DNA of 64,000 bases. Origin: an uncultured Streptococcus sp. (GTDB taxonomy: Bacteria > Bacillota > Bacilli > Lactobacillales > Streptococcaceae). The notes below the pieces were generated by a model. The model did no database searches, was not told the DNA's origin, and saw only the letters and a list, made by a program, of their open reading frames with translations. Made by a program: the position numbers and the translations under genes. This document shows, in pieces, positions 61,885 through 64,000 of the stretch. The stretch spans positions 560 to 64,559 of the forward strand of contig CAUSRF010000001.1 of the NCBI GenBank assembly GCA_963534275.1. Reading direction: 5' to 3'. The stretch's first letter is position 1, and every line of letters begins with the position of its first letter.

Positions 61885-62907
61885 ATGGCAAATAAAAATG
61901 CGTATGCCCAGTCGGGTGTAGATGTTGAAGCGGGTTATGAAGTTGTTGAGCGGATAAAAAAGCATGTGGCTCGCACGGAGCGTGCGGGTGTCATGGGAGC
62001 TCTTGGTGGCTTTGGTGGCATGTTTGAGCTTTCAAAAACAGGTGTCAAAGAGCCTGTCTTGATTTCAGGGACTGATGGTGTCGGGACCAAGCTCATGCTG
62101 GCTATCAAGTATGACAAGCATGACACGATTGGGCAGGACTGTGTGGCCATGTGTGTCAATGATATCATCGCTGCGGGTGCTGAGCCCCTCTATTTCCTCG
62201 ACTATGTGGCGACAGGGAAGAATGAACCAGCTAAACTAGAACAAGTTGTCGCTGGTGTAGCAGAAGGTTGTGTGCAGGCAGGCGCCGCTCTCATCGGTGG
62301 AGAAACGGCTGAAATGCCAGGTATGTATGGCGAAGATGACTATGACCTGGCTGGTTTTGCGGTCGGTGTGGCTGAAAAATCTCAAATCATCGATGGTTCA
62401 AAGGTGGCAGAAGGTGATGTTCTTCTCGGACTTGCTTCAAGTGGGATTCACTCCAATGGTTACTCACTCGTGCGTCGTGTTTTTGCCGACTATACAGGTG
62501 AGGAAGTCTTGCCAGAATTGGAAGGCAAGAAACTCAAGGAGGTTCTTCTTGAGCCGACTCGTATCTATGTCAAGGCTGTTTTGCCGCTCATCAAGGAAGA
62601 GTTGGTCAACGGTATTGCTCACATCACAGGTGGTGGCTTTATCGAAAATGTCCCTCGCATGTTTGCAGATGACCTAGCGGCAGAAATCGAAGAAGACAAG
62701 GTTCCAGTTCTTCCGATTTTCAAAGCCCTTGAAAAATACGGTCATATCAAACACGAAGAAATGTTTGAAATTTTCAATATGGGCGTAGGGCTCATGTTGG
62801 CAGTCAGCCCTGAAAATGTAGATCGCGTTAAGGAATTGTTGGATGAGCCAGTCTATGAAATTGGTCGCATCGTCAAGAAAGAAAACGAAAGTGTCATCAT
62901 CAAATGA
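61885..62907 (+). CDS. purM: AIR synthetase
   Basis: [29 protein letters not shown]. Confidence 0.97.
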   Translation: MANKNAYAQSGVDVEAGYEVVERIKKHVARTERAGVMGALGGFGGMFELSKTGVKEPVLISGTDGVGTKLMLAIKYDKHDTIGQDCVAMCVNDIIAAGAEPLYFLDYVATGKNEPAKLEQVVAGVAEGCVQAGAALIGGETAEMPGMYGEDDYDLAGFAVGVAEKSQIIDGSKVAEGDVLLGLASSGIHSNGYSLVRRVFADYTGEEVLPELEGKKLKEVLLEPTRIYVKAVLPLIKEELVNGIAHITGGGFIENVPRMFADDLAAEIEEDKVPVLPIFKALEKYGHIKHEEMFEIFNMGVGLMLAVSPENVDRVKELLDEPVYEIGRIVKKENESVIIK

Positions 62908-63470
62908 AAAAAATAGCGGTTTTTGCCTCTGGTAATGGCTCAAATTTTCAGGTGATTGCTGAAGAATTCCCGGTGGAGTTTGTCTTTTCAGACCATCGTG
63001 ACGCCTATGTGCTGGAGCGGGCAGACAAGCTTGGTGTCTTATCCTACGCTTTTGAACTCAAGGAATTTGAGAACAAGGCAGACTATGAAGCAGCACTTGT
63101 CGAACTCTTGGAAGAACACCAGATTGACTTGGTTTGTCTAGCAGGCTACATGAAAATCGTTGGTCCGACTTTGCTCGCTGCTTACGAGGGTTGTATCATT
63201 AACATTCATCCAGCTTACTTGCCAGAATTTCCAGGTGCTCATGGCATTGAGGATGCTTGGAATGCAGGCGTTACTGAGAGCGGCGTTACCATTCACTGGG
63301 TGGACTCCGGTGTGGATACAGGGAAGGTTATTAAACAAGTCCGTGTGCCACGGCTAGCTGATGATACCATAGAAAGCTTTGAAGCCCGCATTCATGAAGC
63401 GGAGTACAAGTTGTATCCAGAGGTGCTGGATAGCTTGGGAGTGGAGAGGAAAAGAAATATTATAGAGTAG
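62904..63470 (+). CDS. purN: GAR transformylase
   Basis: [19 protein letters not shown]. Confidence 0.96.
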   Translation: MKKIAVFASGNGSNFQVIAEEFPVEFVFSDHRDAYVLERADKLGVLSYAFELKEFENKADYEAALVELLEEHQIDLVCLAGYMKIVGPTLLAAYEGCIINIHPAYLPEFPGAHGIEDAWNAGVTESGVTIHWVDSGVDTGKVIKQVRVPRLADDTIESFEARIHEAEYKLYPEVLDSLGVERKRNIIE

Positions 63471-63479
63471 AATATATCT

Positions 63480-63983
63480 ATGAAAAATAATTTAATTACA
63501 GCAGAAGAAGTAAAAAATGCGCTTGGAATAGACAGTTTTAGAAATCTATCGAAAGATAAGGTTATGGAGTTTGTTTCCCTTATTCCGAGTATGGATAAAG
63601 ATTTAGCGATGCAGATAGTAGAACAGTTTCCATCTTACGCGGAGTATTCTCAAAATATAGTTAGCGGTTTAAATCAACTGTGTGAGAAAGCTTTAGAAAA
63701 AAATGAAGTAAGTTCTCAAAAATCTATTGAAGCATATCAAACAGTTTTAAATAGTTTATCGGAATTGTTACAACAAGAGTATATTTCTGTTGATGAGAGG
63801 AAATATATCACAGAAAAGATGATTGAAGTAGCAGATAAGGTAGCAGTAAAGGATTCTGAGAATAAAGAATTTATTGAGAAAGTAATCAAATACGGTGGAT
63901 ATGTTGTTGCTGGAGCTCTTATATTAGGGGCGGCAATTCTAGGAGTTAACATCAAGGGGAAAGATATACCTAGATTAAATTAG
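63480..63983 (+). CDS. AT-rich hypothetical protein with C-terminal TM helix
   Basis: 167 aa helical protein; YVVAGALILGAAILGV. Confidence 0.7.
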   Translation: MKNNLITAEEVKNALGIDSFRNLSKDKVMEFVSLIPSMDKDLAMQIVEQFPSYAEYSQNIVSGLNQLCEKALEKNEVSSQKSIEAYQTVLNSLSELLQQEYISVDERKYITEKMIEVADKVAVKDSENKEFIEKVIKYGGYVVAGALILGAAILGVNIKGKDIPRLN

Positions 63984-64000
63984 GAGCAACTATCTGTAGC

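Overview
Chromosomal region of a mitis-group Streptococcus (oralis/mitis/pneumoniae-like gene order; species not determinable here). Left: 3' end of comW, purA, a CiaR-dependent csRNA, tadA and the SRP RNA. An apparently intact ~38 kb siphovirus-type prophage (2435-40421) sits in the SRP RNA 3' end between identical 21-bp att cores. It carries integrase, ImmA/CI immunity, replication, orphan methyltransferase, packaging, head, tail, two holins and an amidase-CW_7 lysin. Right: dut, phosphatase, radA, carbonic anhydrase, prs, CoA-binding protein, YeiH, aminotransferase, recO, plsX, acp, a bacteriocin island, comAB and purC-L-F-M-N with two AT-rich inserted genes. The most striking unannotated element is three tandem ~123-bp units (49545-49880), each with a ComX-box-like promoter, an RBS and a paralogous 16-aa Trp-rich peptide, upstream of a CibAB-like bacteriocin pair. 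Other highlights: a minor capsid protein with a C-terminal HExxH domain plus a small downstream gene (MuF-toxin-like), a face-to-face promoter switch with three operators, candidate phage sRNAs and a probable -2/+1 tail-chaperone frameshift. Family assignments come from motif recognition, not database searches.
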